64,000 nucleotides of DNA from the NCBI GenBank assembly GCA_951406725.2, contig OX597819.1:107818001-107882000 (forward strand), written 5' to 3'. Source of the DNA: Octopus vulgaris (Eukaryota). The notes under the pieces were generated by a model. That model worked only from the letters and a program-made list of their open reading frames with translations. It was not told the DNA's origin and did no database searches. A program made the translations under genes and the position numbers. Shown in pieces: positions 17,518 to 30,774 of this stretch; position 1 is the first letter of the stretch; each line of letters opens with the position of its first letter.

Positions 17518-18043
17518 ATTTGGGATCGCCTTAAAACCTTGAAACTTTACTCCCTCCAGCGTCGCCGTGAGCGGTACATCATTTGTACGATGTGGAAAAT
17601 ATACCGCCAACTTTGCCCAAACGACCTAAACATTAGCTTCAAGGTCCATCCAAGACTTGGACCACGGGCTATACGTCCCCTGCCATTCAAGATCACAACA
17701 TACATGTACACTGCAACATAATTTCTTTTCCTCAACAGGCCCTACCCTATTTAACATTGTCCCGAGGGAGATCAAAGAGGAAAAGGATCCCATCAACTTT
17801 AAACAGAGTCTGGATAGATTCCTTCAAAGAATACCAGATAAGCCACCCATAATTGGATACAACTCACCCAACAAGAACTCACTACTTGAACAAAACTGGA
17901 TACAACTCACCCAACAAGAACTCACTACTTGAACAAAACTTGACTTAAACAGGATTCGAATAATCCTATCAGGTGGTGCTATTAAGTTAGACATGGCCTG
18001 GACCAATCTCTGGTCGAAACATATCTAAGTTTATCTAAGTTTA
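17518..18043 (+). mobile_element. 3' end of a CR1-group LINE with a 43-bp internal tandem duplication
   Basis: WDRLKTLKLYSLQRRRERY...GPTLFNIVP...FKQSLDRFLQRIPDKP; duplication at about 17854-17939; tail TATCTAAGTT repeats; orphan tail copy at about 16828-16900. Confidence 0.85.
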
Positions 18044-20005
18044 TATAGTAACCCCTCAACATACTATAAAGTCTTTCCCATGCCTATATAATTATAAGCT
18101 AAAATTAGTGATCATAACCAAATCTATAAATACTTATCAAAATTTGTAGTACAACTATACATACGTATACATAAATATATTTAAAAAATATACATACATA
18201 TACATATATATATATACATATATATATATATACATACATATAAATATACATATACATATACACATACATACACACATACATACATATACATATATACACA
18301 CATATATACACATATGCACACTCATACATACATGTACATACATACAATACTCAATATATACACTTACACCTATATATACACACCCACACACATACACATA
18401 AATAAATGTATATACATATATATACACACACATCATCATATACACATATATACATACACACACAACCACATATATCATATAATAAATACATATATAAATG
18501 TCTATAATCATACTACAATACAAAATAGAGGTAAATATTAAGTTAAATCTAAATAATTAATCTACTAATCTATACTTCTATATTAAATAAAATAGATTAA
18601 ATAAACAACTAAATAAATCTATTTCAAATATAAAGAGATTACATACAAATAGATTAATATAATAAAAATTATAATTTAACGAAGTTATAACAGAAATATA
18701 ACAAAATATATAAAATAAATAAAATTGTAACTTACCAGACTTTATATTCAATAAACCATTAAATATTTATTAAAAATATATTTAGTAATAAAATATTTAG
18801 TAATAAAATGAACAACTATATATAATCTAACTATAATTAAAAACAGAACCTAAATAACTAAAATAAACTAATATAATATGTACTACAAATCACCTGCTAT
18901 ATTTAGAATACTAATACATAAAACAACAAATAGGGAGCTAATTAAGGCTAAGAAATATTCATTATTTATCAACAAATTTATTATATAAGTAAAGTAACTT
19001 GTGTCTGCATTTTATTTTGCGCTCATCACAGGTATTCAGTAAATTATCATGCTTATAAAATAAAATTTCCTTAGCCATGAAACGATCGTAGTGTTTTACT
19101 CATTATCTTTTATTAAACTTTTAATACTTTTGATAAATATTTAAAATAATATAAATTAATTAATTTTATGTATTGGCTTAATTTTTTCATTGTATGATTT
19201 GCCTAATAGTGGTTTTATCTCTAATTTAATATAATATAATATTTTACTATAAAATTGGATTCAATCCTAAATCTGATTTTTCCCTGTAAGTGTGGATTTA
19301 TTCCCTAATATTTTATTATATATATATATATGAACACATGTTTATATAGTTATGTGTGATTATAAAGTTTGCTAAGCAACAAAAAAGGGTTTTGAGTTCG
19401 GTCCTCTTAGGCAAGTGTCTTTTACAATAAATATGGGCTACCCAATACATTATGAGTGGAAGTGACAAATGGAAATCGAAAGGAAATCCGTCATGTGTGT
19501 GTGTTCGCGCTCGCTCTCTGAATCCACCACCAGCCCCAGGCGATCCCGTTACCAACACCACGTTTCCACCACTATCTACCGACTCATCTTTACTATCCCC
19601 GTCTCTCACTGTCTCCAACCTCTTCGTTTGCATCCGCAGTACCCCATCGTCGACTTCTGTCCACAAACCCATAAACATCGGCTGCCCCAATATTTCAACC
19701 TATAATTGCTCCACCGAACTCATCTTCGCCTGTCTCAAACTCTCCTTGCATCCCTGGTTGTTGCGCTCTCCTCCCACATCCATGACTCTAACCATGTTCT
19801 TTGCCTATTCAACTCCTCCCCCGATCTCCTCCCGTCATAGATTTACCATGGATATCAACTCTTTTTACATCGTCATTCCTCTCGATGGCCTTTTGTCTCT
19901 GAGACACTTCCTCGACTTACACCCCATTATCCTGATACCTATACTCTCTTTCGTGCTCAATTTTAATTGTTTCGCCTTCGTGGGCGAGATGTATGAACTG
20001 GAATG

Positions 20006-22957
20006 ATTAGTTAGTTAGTTAATTAGTAAGTTAATTTTTTGGCTCAAAAAGCAAAAAGCAAGGCCATGTAGGGGGACATGGAGTTATGTACAGGGTCGTG
20101 TTCATGTAAAGAGTTCAGGCCACTTGAGGTCAAGGGAGACTTTGAACCGAGCGGTCGTCGGCATCTTCACCATCTTATTCCACAGATCCGCAACCCGGAT
20201 GGAGAAAGCCCCTCTCCTTCGATTGAGATGAAATCGTCGCAGATAGAGCTTTTCGGAATGATCCCGCAGCCGACGCTCTGGAGAAGGAGTGAAGAACAGC
20301 TCTTTCGATAGGTTACACTTTCCGCTTATGATGTTGTGAGCAAGAATGAGATCTCCACGGCGTCGTCGTTTTTCTAGAGAATAAAGGTCGAGCGTCTTCA
20401 GCTTTTCTTCATAAAACAAATTCTTGAGACCAAGAACCATGCGGGTAGCCAGCTTCTGGACTTTTTCGAGATGCTGTATGTCTTTGAGGAGATAAGGAGA
20501 AGAGCCTTGAATCCCGTACTCCAATATGGGTCTCACCAGCGTGACATAGAGCGGTAGGAATATGGCTGCTGTGAGCATTCCGAATGACCGTCGAATCAAG
20601 AACAGAATTCCGCGTGCTTTGTTGGCAGCATGGACGCACTGGGCCGAAGGCGAAAAGAAGGAATCCACCAAGATACCCAGGTCCTTTACCTGATCGGTCC
20701 TCTCCAGCAGCAGACGACTCGACTCGAAATCAAGTTGAGTTGCAGGAGGAGAGCCAACAGGCAGATGACAGTACTTTGACACGTTCAGACACAGGTCCCA
20801 TTCGTTAGACCATCTCCAAATTTGGTGGAGGCATCGACGAAGATCCTCTATATCACCGCGAGGAGCGACCAGTTTGACATCGTCGGCAAATAGAAGGGTG
20901 TGTTGCGTGAGGTCGTCGGGCAAGTCATTTATGAAGACTAAGAAAAATAAGGGCTCAAGCACTGAACCTTGAAGCACGCCACTGCTCGCACTGGAGACGT
21001 CGGACCGCGAACCATTAACTTGGACTTGAAAGGAGCGATCTGAGAGGAAGGCACCAACCCATCGTACAATATCCGGATGGAAACTATGTGCTTGAAGCTT
21101 GACAAGTAATTGGCGGTGGTTTACCGAGTCAAAAGATTTGGCAAAGTCCAATAAAACGATGTCAACAGCATCACTATCATCGAGGATGCGCGTCACCAAT
21201 TCTTCCATTACCAGTAAGTTGGTCAAGCATGATCTCTTCGGCACGAAGCCGTGTTGGGAATCAGAGATAGAGGATGTGTTTTGGAGGTGGAGCATCATAC
21301 TTTTCTTAAGGATGGTTTCGAACGTCTTGCTGATTATTGATGTAAGAGAAACCGGTCGGTAGTTAAGCGGGTCTTCGCGGCTCCCTTTCTTGAAAATTAG
21401 GCAGATTATCGCTGTTCTCCACTCCGCAGGTATAACACCCGTCGCCAATGACATATTGAATAGACGTATTAAGGGCTCGCAGATGACCGGAGCCAACGCT
21501 TTGATAACCCGTGGGTGTATGCCGTCAGGGCCGTGACCCTTGTTGACATCGAGGCCTTGAATAACGTGTTCGACTTCGTCCCGCGTGATGACCAATCGAA
21601 GCATTGGAGGTACCGATCTATCAAATGGAGGGGGTTCACGACCATCATCTTGTTTGAAAATAGTTGAAAAGGCCTCGGCAAATAATTGACTCTGTTGATA
21701 AGGGTCCTCAATCGATACGCCTGTTGAGTCTACCAACGTTGCAATTTGGTTGTTCAAGCGGGAATTCCGTTGGACATGGGCAAAGAAGGTTTTGGGATTG
21801 CTACTGGCGTTTGCCGCGATTTTGTATTCATATCTGAAGCGTTCTTCCTTTTCAATTTTCACGACTCGGTCTCGTTGAGTTTTGTACACCCCAAAAGCTG
21901 CAGTCGAATCCAGATTTTTGAATTCAGTCCAAGCAATATCTCTGAGTCGAAGTTCTCGTTTAACCTTCTTCGTCACCCAAGGCTTGTTTCTTCTTCTTGG
22001 GAAGCCCAACGGGAACTGTCTGGTCAGTCAACCAGATTACATATGCTTTGAGGGATGACCATAGTTCGTCAACTGAGGACAACGTCATCAGGGATCGCCA
22101 GTCCAGAAGTGCGGAAGCCTCGGTTAGAATTTCAAGATTAATTGCAGAGAAGTGGAAGCGAAGTAGTCGTGGGCGTAGAAAAAGTTGTGTGCATGACGAA
22201 CTTCAGGACCGCATGATCACTCTTGGCAAGAGGGGCGCACACAGATACGTCTGACACTGATCTTGGATAGCGGGAGAATACCAGATCCAGCATAGATGGC
22301 TGCTGTCCAGACCGATGCCTTGTCGGATATTCAACATGTTGTGATAGAAAACAATCTTCAGCCACGTCAAGAAGGGCCTGGCCGAACCGGGAAGATGATG
22401 TACAAATTGATGCGGGCCAATCGATTGTGGGAGCGTTTAAGTCTCCTAATATCAAACAGTCATGAGAAGCTGAAACGAATCTTATCGCTTCGAGTAAATG
22501 AGCATCGTCCTGGGGGTTGGCAAGAGGCGGCCTGTAGACAGCTAACACGGGCAGGCAAAACCCGGATAGGCTCAGCTTGCAATAGACGGCATCGAATTTT
22601 GTTGTTGGTTGAGCATTAGTGGGTAGAATACTGCTGGACGGTTTGAGATTAGATTTAACATACACAGCAACACCTCCACCTCGCCTTTTTCTCTGTCACA
22701 TCTGAAGAGGGCGTAGCCCTTTAGGTGGATTTCTGAGTCCTTTACTGCTGGAGTCAGCCAAGTTTCGGTGATAGCTATCACATCAGGGGAATCACGCATG
22801 GCCAGTGTAAATAGTTCGCTGAACTTTGGAAATAAGGAGCACGAGTTGGTATAGACGATGCTGAGCTGTGAAGTTTGAGGGGCGGGAGTTGGGGAACAAG
22901 CAGAATAAGGGGTATCAGAGATATCATCGTTGTCGGGGGTATCTACTTCCTTTCTTC
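20006..22957 (-). mobile_element. Near full-length CR1-group LINE ORF2 (APE plus RT) with a (TAAC)n tail
   Basis: APE motifs DVIAITETWL, LILGDLNAP, LDLVF, SDH in frameshifted ORFs 22572..22973 and 22138..22665; tail reads TTAG repeats on + at 20006-20034. Confidence 0.92.
20102..22009 (-). CDS. CR1-type reverse transcriptase portion of ORF2 (element frameshifted upstream)
   Basis: 635-aa open frame with GPDGIHP, NYRPVSLTS, QHGF, DFAKSFDSV, GVLQGSVL, LFADD, KDLG. Confidence 0.85.
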   Translation of the reverse strand: MGFPRRRNKPWVTKKVKRELRLRDIAWTEFKNLDSTAAFGVYKTQRDRVVKIEKEERFRYEYKIAANASSNPKTFFAHVQRNSRLNNQIATLVDSTGVSIEDPYQQSQLFAEAFSTIFKQDDGREPPPFDRSVPPMLRLVITRDEVEHVIQGLDVNKGHGPDGIHPRVIKALAPVICEPLIRLFNMSLATGVIPAEWRTAIICLIFKKGSREDPLNYRPVSLTSIISKTFETILKKSMMLHLQNTSSISDSQHGFVPKRSCLTNLLVMEELVTRILDDSDAVDIVLLDFAKSFDSVNHRQLLVKLQAHSFHPDIVRWVGAFLSDRSFQVQVNGSRSDVSSASSGVLQGSVLEPLFFLVFINDLPDDLTQHTLLFADDVKLVAPRGDIEDLRRCLHQIWRWSNEWDLCLNVSKYCHLPVGSPPATQLDFESSRLLLERTDQVKDLGILVDSFFSPSAQCVHAANKARGILFLIRRSFGMLTAAIFLPLYVTLVRPILEYGIQGSSPYLLKDIQHLEKVQKLATRMVLGLKNLFYEEKLKTLDLYSLEKRRRRGDLILAHNIISGKCNLSKELFFTPSPERRLRDHSEKLYLRRFHLNRRRGAFSIRVADLWNKMVKMPTTARFKVSLDLKWPELFT

Positions 22958-24129
22958 GGAACGAGAATGGCACCTAAATACGCCAGCATATATGCCGGTT
23001 ACGTTGGGTCCTAAATCTCCCAGTTCATCCTCTCCACCTTCGACTTCTAAAAACGCACTGGCTTCCACTTATACCTTCATTTCTCATTCTCGTACCCAAC
23101 CTACACCCAGTCTCTGTCTCCTGTTTCCCGTTCCTCCATCTCCGGTGCTTCTGTAGCAGTAACCACAATTTTGAGACATAGGTTTCATTTTCAGCCCTAA
23201 CAATTCGTCTCGAGTATTACACCCACTTCGATCACTTTCCTCTTACTTACCACATAATCATCCTTTCCCTACAATTCGCCATCCTCCGCCTCTTCTTCTG
23301 CCCCCAGTCTGACGCTGTCGCTTTCTGCTTCTTCATTCTTCCTCTCATTCCTTTCTTCAAGCCTCCTCATCCATAGCACCTCCTTCCCATACCTCGTCTC
23401 CATCCCGTATCCCTCCATAACTCCCGTCCCTGCTACATTACGTGCCCTTTTCTTTCCAACACTACCACCCTTATCGGACACAAGCACCGCTCCTTCAACA
23501 ATAGAAAATCCTTTAACAGCACCTATAATAACTTAAAATACGCACTCCAGTGCTCCCTCTAAACTGGCTGCCAGTTGGCTGACAAGTTTACGGGGTGCCT
23601 CAGAGGTGGATCACCTGTCTCGCGACATTTTCACGCCGCTGAACATTCCATGCAAAATCTCCCGATCTTCGGCAGAGCTACCATTCTTGGCCCCCTGTCA
23701 CTTGTCTCCAGAAAGAACACGTGCTCATTTTTTCACTCCAAAACCTATATGTCTTTCGGTTGAAGTCAGATAGTAATAGAAATGATGATGATGATATGGC
23801 CTTCCTCAAGGTGCGATCGCGTCGATTTACAGAAAGAAATATTATTTCCATCTTTTCATCGACCCATCAAGTACACATTATCACATGATGCTACAATATA
23901 GCTCCTGGTTAATAGTAATATACATATATGTGTGTTTGTGTGTGTGTGATTGTGTGAGTGTGTGATTGTCTGTTGTTGTATCTGTATGTATGTATTTAAA
24001 CACACATATACACACACACACTTTCACACATATATATGAGTGTGCAATAATATACATAAATATATGTTCTTTTATTTTTAGTTTATTTTATCTATTCTGA
24101 ATCCTTGATGTAATTTCTAAAAAACAATG

Positions 24130-25535
<1,406 letters not shown>

Positions 25536-25806
25536 ACATGACAGCGTCTATGTGGATCTACAATTTGTAATTATTAAAGCATTTTCATATTTCGAAACTT
25601 TGCGGCATACTCTGTCAACTGTATTGTAATGGTTCACGAAAGATGTATCTTATTGATTTTTTTTTTTATTTTGAAAATATATATATTCCAGAATATATAA
25701 TAATCCATTATTTTTAACGAGTATGCTTTCTTTTTTATCAGTTTCACATGTGCCTGTGTACGTGTGTTCAGGCACATGTGTGCGCGTCTGCGCGTGTGAG
25801 TAATTG

Positions 25807-25866
<60 letters not shown>

Positions 25867-26235
25867 TCGTGTGTGCATGGCTGAGTTAGTATGTAACATG
25901 TATGCACGTATGTATGAACAATTTTGTTAAAGTGCTTTCTCAGCAAACGTGATCTATAATTTTCATCATGAAGGTTTATGAAATTCATTTCAATTAATGC
26001 GCGCGCGCACGCACACGCACGCACACACACACACACACACACATGCACACACACTCACGCACATACACATACACACACATGTAAGTCATGTGTGGTGTGG
26101 GTGTATTAAGTTATAACATAATATAAAAGTGCTCAATACAGCCTTGTGCTAAAAGTGCATATATTTATTCAAATGTACGATGCAAAGCAATGCATACAAA
26201 CGCGCATACACACCACACATACACGCGCTCATACA

Positions 26236-26273
<38 letters not shown>

Positions 26274-26382
26274 TTGTAAATTTGTTTGTATACATACAAA
26301 TATGCATGTATTAGAGAGAGAGAGAGAGTGGGAGAGATGAGGAGAAAGCTGAAGTAGCATTTGTCTGTGTGTATATATATAT

Positions 26383-26453
<71 letters not shown>

Positions 26454-26471
26454 TATATATATGTATGTGTA

Positions 26472-26515
<44 letters not shown>

Positions 26516-26525
<10 letters not shown>

Positions 26526-26770
26526 CATGAACTTAAATGTATGTCCGGTCATAGAGCGACCAATGGTTTCGCATCCATACAGCTCTTAAACTTTATGGAC
26601 ACGTCAGAATCCAATGGCCGCCGACATGCAACCTCTGTTATATACAGTGTCTGAAGAGTCGTCTATAAAGCTGAGCGCTTTATGACCAGACATAAATTTA
26701 ACTTCATATAAATATATTATTGCTCTAACTTTTAGAATGTGCTTTATTTTCGAATATATGATCTACAGAC
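26516..26770. mobile_element. Small non-coding element with inverted ends and divergent hammerhead-like motifs
   Basis: IR 26516-26558 versus 26675-26717; minus CTGACGTG-TCCATA..TATGGA-tgc-GAAACCATTGGTC; plus CTGAAGAG at 26651; tail homologous to 43605-43670. Confidence 0.6.
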
Positions 26771-26886
26771 GAAATACGTATGTATGTATGTATGTATGTA
26801 TGTATGTATGTATGTATGTATGTATGTATGCATGTATGTATGTATGCATGCATCTATGCACGCACCCATGCGTGGTAGTTTGAAGC

Positions 26887-26924
<38 letters not shown>

Positions 26925-27101
26925 CACATATTGATTATATTCACATATTACTTGATAGATTTATTCGTAAAATTTTTTACCGGCAGACCCTATATCGCCG
27001 GGTAGATTTTGCGTCTGCGCAGAGATTTGAAAAGTTAAGATCTGCAAGTTGTTTAGATCAACACATGGTCTAACACGCTGCGCATCTCAATTTAACTCAG
27101 G

Positions 27102-27184
27102 ATTCTCGCTGATGAAACCGGCCTTAGCAAACATATTCTGTCTGTTTTGCTAGAAAGAGGTAGAAACTGATATCAGTCCGGAAT
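27102..27184 (+). ncRNA. Hammerhead ribozyme-like motif with long stem II and palindromic stem III
   Basis: ATTCTCG-CTGATGA-A-ACC..TAGCAAA..TTTGCTA..GGT-A-GAAA-CTGATATCAG-TC-CGGAAT. Confidence 0.65.
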
Positions 27185-27377
27185 AAATTTATCCCTTTTT
27201 TGTGTCCCTAGCACTTGGCATCCTTATTTAGGAGCCCTTAATTGTATTTCTACATGAATAATATTTTTCTATATGAATAATATTTTGTCTAATGGCTAAT
27301 TCGTCCTTTGTGCTGGGCCACTGGTAGTAATCTATATTATTACCCTTTTGATTATATTCATATATATATATATATAT

Positions 27378-27492
27378 ATAGAATGGTTGTATACTGTCAA
27401 TCTAACAAGAACGTGACAGTAGGGGGTACACCACCGCTGTATAGCCCCTACTGTCACGTTCTTGTTAGATTGACAGTATACAACCATTCTAT
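27378..27492. repeat. Perfect 48-bp inverted repeat with a 19-nt spacer
   Basis: 27378-27425 is the exact reverse complement of 27445-27492. Confidence 0.95.
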
Positions 27493-27537
27493 CGCCCCAC
27501 CACCGTACATGTCTCTATGAGAGATTTAGAAATTCAA

Positions 27538-27596
<59 letters not shown>

Positions 27597-27799
27597 GAAC
27601 AGTGAATTCAGTAACGCCTAGCCAAGAAGCTACTCTGTGTTGATAAAGAGTGATAACCCAGAAACCGGTCCACAGATGTGTTTTGCGCTGGATGGGAGTG
27701 CTAAACTCCCTCTTCGAAAATATAAGGACACGGATATTGTGTCGTATAGCCAGCTGAAAACGATGTTTCCTGGGGTTAAACAATAGTAACATCGTCACA

Positions 27800-27839
<40 letters not shown>

Positions 27840-27895
27840 CATACACACACATACTTAAGAGTATGCACACACACACATATGGATATATATATATA

Positions 27896-28287
27896 CTAGC
27901 AGTATCGCCCGGCTTTGCTCGAGTTTGTAAGGGAAATAACTATATAAGCATTTTTAGAGAGTTATAGCAAAAAAATAGCAAAAAATGCATTAAAAATGGA
28001 AAAAAAATTATGGTAAATTTTTTTTTAAATCGTTGACTCATCGTAGACATTTTTAGAGAGTTACTTCTCTTTTTTAATAGCGAAAAAATGCATTAAAATG
28101 GAAAAAAATGATGGTAATTTTTTTTTAATCGTAGACTCATCGTAGACGCGCGCTAATACCCAGAAGGGCTCGATATGAATCACGACTATAAGATACCCGG
28201 TTTTGGTTAAACTGCACCGCAAAATGTGGGAGTAGTTAGGAATCTAAATCGTAGGAGACAGACACACAACCTTACTTTTATATATAA

Positions 28288-28290
<3 letters not shown>
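27896..28290 (-). mobile_element. Non-autonomous Helitron-like element
   Basis: Minus strand A|TCTTTATATATAAAAG...CTCGAGCAAAGCCGGG hairpin...CTAG|T; internal tandem duplication. Confidence 0.75.
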
Positions 28291-28343
<53 letters not shown>

Positions 28344-28347
<4 letters not shown>

Positions 28348-29190
28348 TGTCGTCTAAATTACGCAAAAATGAAAATAACACTGACATCTCATTTTAACAG
28401 ATATATTTACCAAAATTACATAAAACATATCTTGAAATACTTAACAGTAAATTTATTCAATAAAATCGCCATTTGCTTCAACCACGGCCTCCAGACGACT
28501 TCGGAATCTCCTGTAACTCTTCTGGATGTTCTTCTTGTTTAAGTTAGTGAATACTGCTATAATCTTTTCTTTCACTTCATTTTTGGAGTTAGAAGGAATT
28601 TTGTTGGTGGCTCGCTGAACTGCTCCCCACACATAATAATCAAGGAGCTTGTAGTCTGAGGAGTTAAGTGGCAAGATGTTAGGGATGATGTGGCCGCAAA
28701 AATTGCTTGACAGACATGACTGGGTTCTCCTGCTTGTGTGGGATGGGGCAGAGTCCTGTTGCAAGATGTAGGGTCTTCCAGTAGCCACACTTTTGATACA
28801 GGGCAGCAGCATCTTCTCCAGGCACTTGATGTAGGCCTCCGTGTTGAGTCTGAGGCCGTGTGGGTAGATGAATGGAGGCATAACGTCACCATCACTAGTG
28901 ATCACTCCGAGCATCATGATGCTGGATGATTCGATGGTTAATTTTTATCACCCTCAGTATTGTTGACACGCAACACTCTGAAATGTTCGTAGCGGAGCTT
29001 CCAGCACAAATGACAAGCAGTACAGCATCTCGTTTCCAAATTTCTGGCAGAGTGAATTGCGTCATGGTACTATTTTTCTCACATACGGTGCCTAACTGAC
29101 CCTACTATACTGTGTAGTCGACAAAATTTTAAAAAACAATGGGCATGCGCGAAAATTATAAAGTGGTGACAATTTACCCATCACACCCTC
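28344..29190 (-). mobile_element. DD37D (maT-type) element with transposase C-terminal ORF 28453..28917
   Basis: QQD-SAPSH...LLD-YYVW with 37 residues between the two aspartates; ends match the copies at 7077 and 36532. Confidence 0.85.
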
Positions 29191-29397
29191 TGCTGTTGGT
29201 GATTTCTTTTCATGTTTAGGACTTTTCCCTTACCCCTTTCCGACGAATAGCTATGTTCGAAACGTCAGACTCCCTCTTTTCATCGAGCGTTAAGTTAATA
29301 CTTTCCTTGTTCACGTCCTCTTGTTGTCTGTTATTTTCATTCTTTTATTTAACTGACTATGTGTGTGTATGTGTGTGTATACACACACTTATCTATG

Positions 29398-29434
<37 letters not shown>

Positions 29435-30199
29435 CGTATTTTAAAGTATTGAGAAATTAGAAAATTAATTTTTTACAAAATTGCTCACATGGAAATGTAG
29501 CTATAAATTATTGCTTGTAAAAGAAAGAATAAGAATTTGTTACATTGTTTTACAAATCTTACTTGTCGCCTTTTAACTGTGAAATTAAGAAAATATCTTT
29601 AATGTTACCAGTGAGAAAAGAAATCAGCTTTTGAGATCGTTTTTGTAACAGTGAAATATTTCTTAGACACTACTCTCATGCATATGTAGCTACAAATAAT
29701 AGCTCGTAATATATGGAATAATAGAATGTAAGGGATATTTCCCTTGTATTGTGAGATATAATTTTACTGCTACATTTGCATTTGAGCAACATCATGTAAA
29801 TCTTTATTTTCAAATTTCTAAATACTTCAAAGGCAGACCTAAGGGGAAACAAAACAACAAATTTCATATCACACTCCAAAGATTAAATCTAATTTTGCGA
29901 TTAAAAGCTGCTATGACTTTCAAATGTAGCAATATCACGGACGGCCAGTCTATGGTAGAAGCGCTGCTTGATTTCCGTGGCTAACTTTATCCACTTTCAT
30001 CCGTGAAAAGGAGTTTTAGTTATATATTATGGTTACTGCATTTGAGCAGCTTTATTAAAAGTCTTTGTGCAATTATGTACATGAATCAGCTACTGGGTAA
30101 TACTGATAAAGTTAACTTTATTCCCTGTGACAAAGGTGGGAATGATAAGCAGTGATATACATCTGGAAAATCCTGGAAGGATATGCACCAGACTTAGGC

Positions 30200-30576
30200 A
30201 TTGAAAGTTACACAAACACCAGAACAGAGTGACACTGCATAATACCAAACATCCCAACATCGCCATCACAATATTAGACCAGATTCTGATTCTACAACAG
30301 CTCATGTTTAAGGGCTCACAGCTCTTCAATATCGTCCCAAAAAGCCTGCGAGATCTACATGGATGAAGGAATGTCAAAACTGGATTTCCTTCTGCCCAGA
30401 GTTCCAGATTAACATATCTCGTGGTAGAAAACATAAATGAAGACAGTAGCATCAAACTCCCTCATTCACCAAATGCCACATATCAGAGTAGTATGAGTAG
30501 TTTTCAAGTAATGAAACCGTAGCAAAACTAAAGGCGGTGCCCCCGCATGGCCACAGCTCTCGAGTTGAAACTAGTA
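30200..30576 (+). mobile_element. Decayed CR1-group LINE 3' end
   Basis: SLMFKGSQLFNIVPKSLRDLHG...KLDFLLPRVPD-like remnants; tail GGCGGTGCCCCGCATGGCCACAG...GAAACTAGTA. Confidence 0.7.
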
Positions 30577-30742
30577 TGTGTATGTGTGTGTGTATAAAGA
30601 GTATATAAATGTATAGAGAGAGAGATAAACAAGGCTAATTTACATGTTACTCTGTATATTGAAAATTAATGAACAAACTTAATGGATTTTCGGATCTTAT
30701 TGGACTCTCATCAGTGGCGTTTAAATCAATTCTCCCACTACA

Positions 30743-30774
<32 letters not shown>

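Larger units (their letters stand above)
19520..23763 (+). mobile_element. Decayed Penelope-like element split by the CR1 insertion
   Basis: TMDINSFYIVIP (DV.SLYT.IP-like motif) and FNCFAFVGEMY before the insertion; GTRMAPKYASIYAGYV resumes at 22958; SPVSRHFHAAEHS (GIY-YIG C-terminus-like) near 23610. Confidence 0.7.

Noticed and set aside
18001-18022. Hairpin followed by GAAAC as a hammerhead
   Set aside because: No CTGAnGA upstream; it is the LINE/SINE 3' tail stem-loop
30680-30720. Minus-strand CTGATGAG...CGAAA as a hammerhead
   Set aside because: Stem I does not pair and stem II is poor; at best a remnant
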